Positions 62,967 to 64,000 of a stretch of 64,000 nt of DNA are shown piece after piece. A model generated the notes under the pieces. That model did not search any database, had not been told where the DNA came from, and saw only the letters and a list, made by a program, of their open reading frames with translations. The stretch covers positions 1 to 64,000 of the forward strand of contig JAKMXF010000303.1 of NCBI GenBank assembly GCA_024704765.1, read 5' to 3'. How positions within the stretch are numbered: the stretch's first letter is position 1; each line of letters starts with the position of its first letter. The translations under genes were made by a program, and so were the position numbers. This DNA comes from Oopsacas minuta. Lineage: Eukaryota > Animalia > Porifera.

Positions 62967-64000
62967 TACCCGAATTAGCTATTTCACTGACTCAAGAAGA
63001 TAACAACATTTTAAATTTTTACCACCTGTAGCTAGCCTCATTTCTAAATTTTTGATATTTCAGCCTAAAGATAGGGTTGTTAGATTTTCAAAGTCCAAAC
63101 CCGGCCAAAATTTCGTTTCAACAATCAGCGGTATTTTGGAGTGGCAGGAGTGATATCTATCTCTTTCCCGGGGCTATTTTCACCAATAATTTACTGAAAG
63201 TTTAACTTGAATATAGAGCGCGTCTCACTTCTTTTTTTGGCAAAACACCACTGCCAACAATATTAAACATGTTTACTGACAGCTACTAAAAAGAGTTTCA
63301 TTATACTACAAATACCCTTGGTGATGTCACATTTGCTACGAGCGAGCTTAGCAAGCGAGACAAATTTTTCTTGTGTTCAGGTCGAATTTGTGCCCCGTTT
63401 AGGGACGAATGTGGACAATAGCGTGGCAAAAGTTTTCAGTATGCACTTCACAAGAAATATAATCCTTCAAACCAGGACTTCGGACAAATGGCTTCAAATC
63501 CAGACCGTCCGGGTAGAATCAGATGCGAGTTTATCACTTCAATGTTTTACACATATTATGAACCCTTAATTCCTATAGAAAACTGCCCGAGGTGTATAAA
63601 TAGAGATAGAGATCATATTATATCAGCACGGGAAGATTCACTTTCGAAGCTCCTTATTCCCGTGTGGAACCTGCTTCGGGGAAAGTCCCCGGACACTTGT
63701 GTAGCGAGTGCAAGCTCTAAGAGTAATTGTCAGTTGTCTGTCAATGCGAAGACACTTCGGTGGAGCTAAGACAGATAGTCTGGTAGTTCGTCTAAGTTAA
63801 AGTTTGATAGTGAATGGCAACTTATGTTGTTAACCCAATGGGGATTACTCTCCTCGTGCTAACTTTTTGCCATAAAGCAACTAGTTGAAAATACTCCGTG
63901 AGTTACTGCCTGGTGTTGGAGTCATGTATTATAATTATATTTGACATTTTATCATGCCAAATTGGGTTTGTTAATAGATTACGCTCTACCATTCCTTTTA

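Noticed and set aside
63318-63769. Two overlapping short ORFs in a GC-richer region near the window end
   Set aside because: No recognisable domain. The region contains repeat-like motifs (CGAGCGAGC..GCAAGCGAG) and is likely a TE remnant.
1-64000. tRNA, rRNA, snRNA or SL-RNA genes
   Set aside because: None were recognised by eye. A tRNAscan-SE/Infernal run would be needed to exclude them.

Overview
AT-rich, gene-dense eukaryotic (animal-like) DNA with short GT-AG introns and many intronless genes. The compact style suggests a glass-sponge-like genome, but that taxonomic guess is inference only. I support 21 intact protein-coding genes, 20 of them on the + strand: ACER, EIF3L, SMC5, a bacterial/fungal-type TPR protein (-), an SDR, an orphan TM protein, an R7-type RGS, IMPACT, a DEP-PH-GPx fusion, a signal-peptide GPx, four ABHD2-like lipases, GCDH, a TPR-SET protein, SDE2, RNASEK, LRRC47, a GTPase-RING protein and KDM8. 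There are also many transposons: a complete but dead P-element with an 8-bp TSD, a Helitron family, pogo/Tc1 and hAT MITEs, and a foldback element. The top finding is hidden from the ORF track because of an in-frame UGA: a three-exon, 400-aa selenoprotein fusing DEP and PH membrane-targeting domains to a GPx4-type phospholipid hydroperoxide peroxidase, with its own SECIS. A near-identical GPx+SECIS module with a signal peptide follows it, and then an ABHD2/3-like lipase array with hypervariable cap cassettes, which together could be an oxidised-membrane-lipid repair cluster. A YAG splice-acceptor-like site lies within 13 nt upstream of the ATG in 18 of 21 genes, suggesting spliced-leader trans-splicing and possibly operons. 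Exon boundaries and counts were worked out by hand; no database searches were run.
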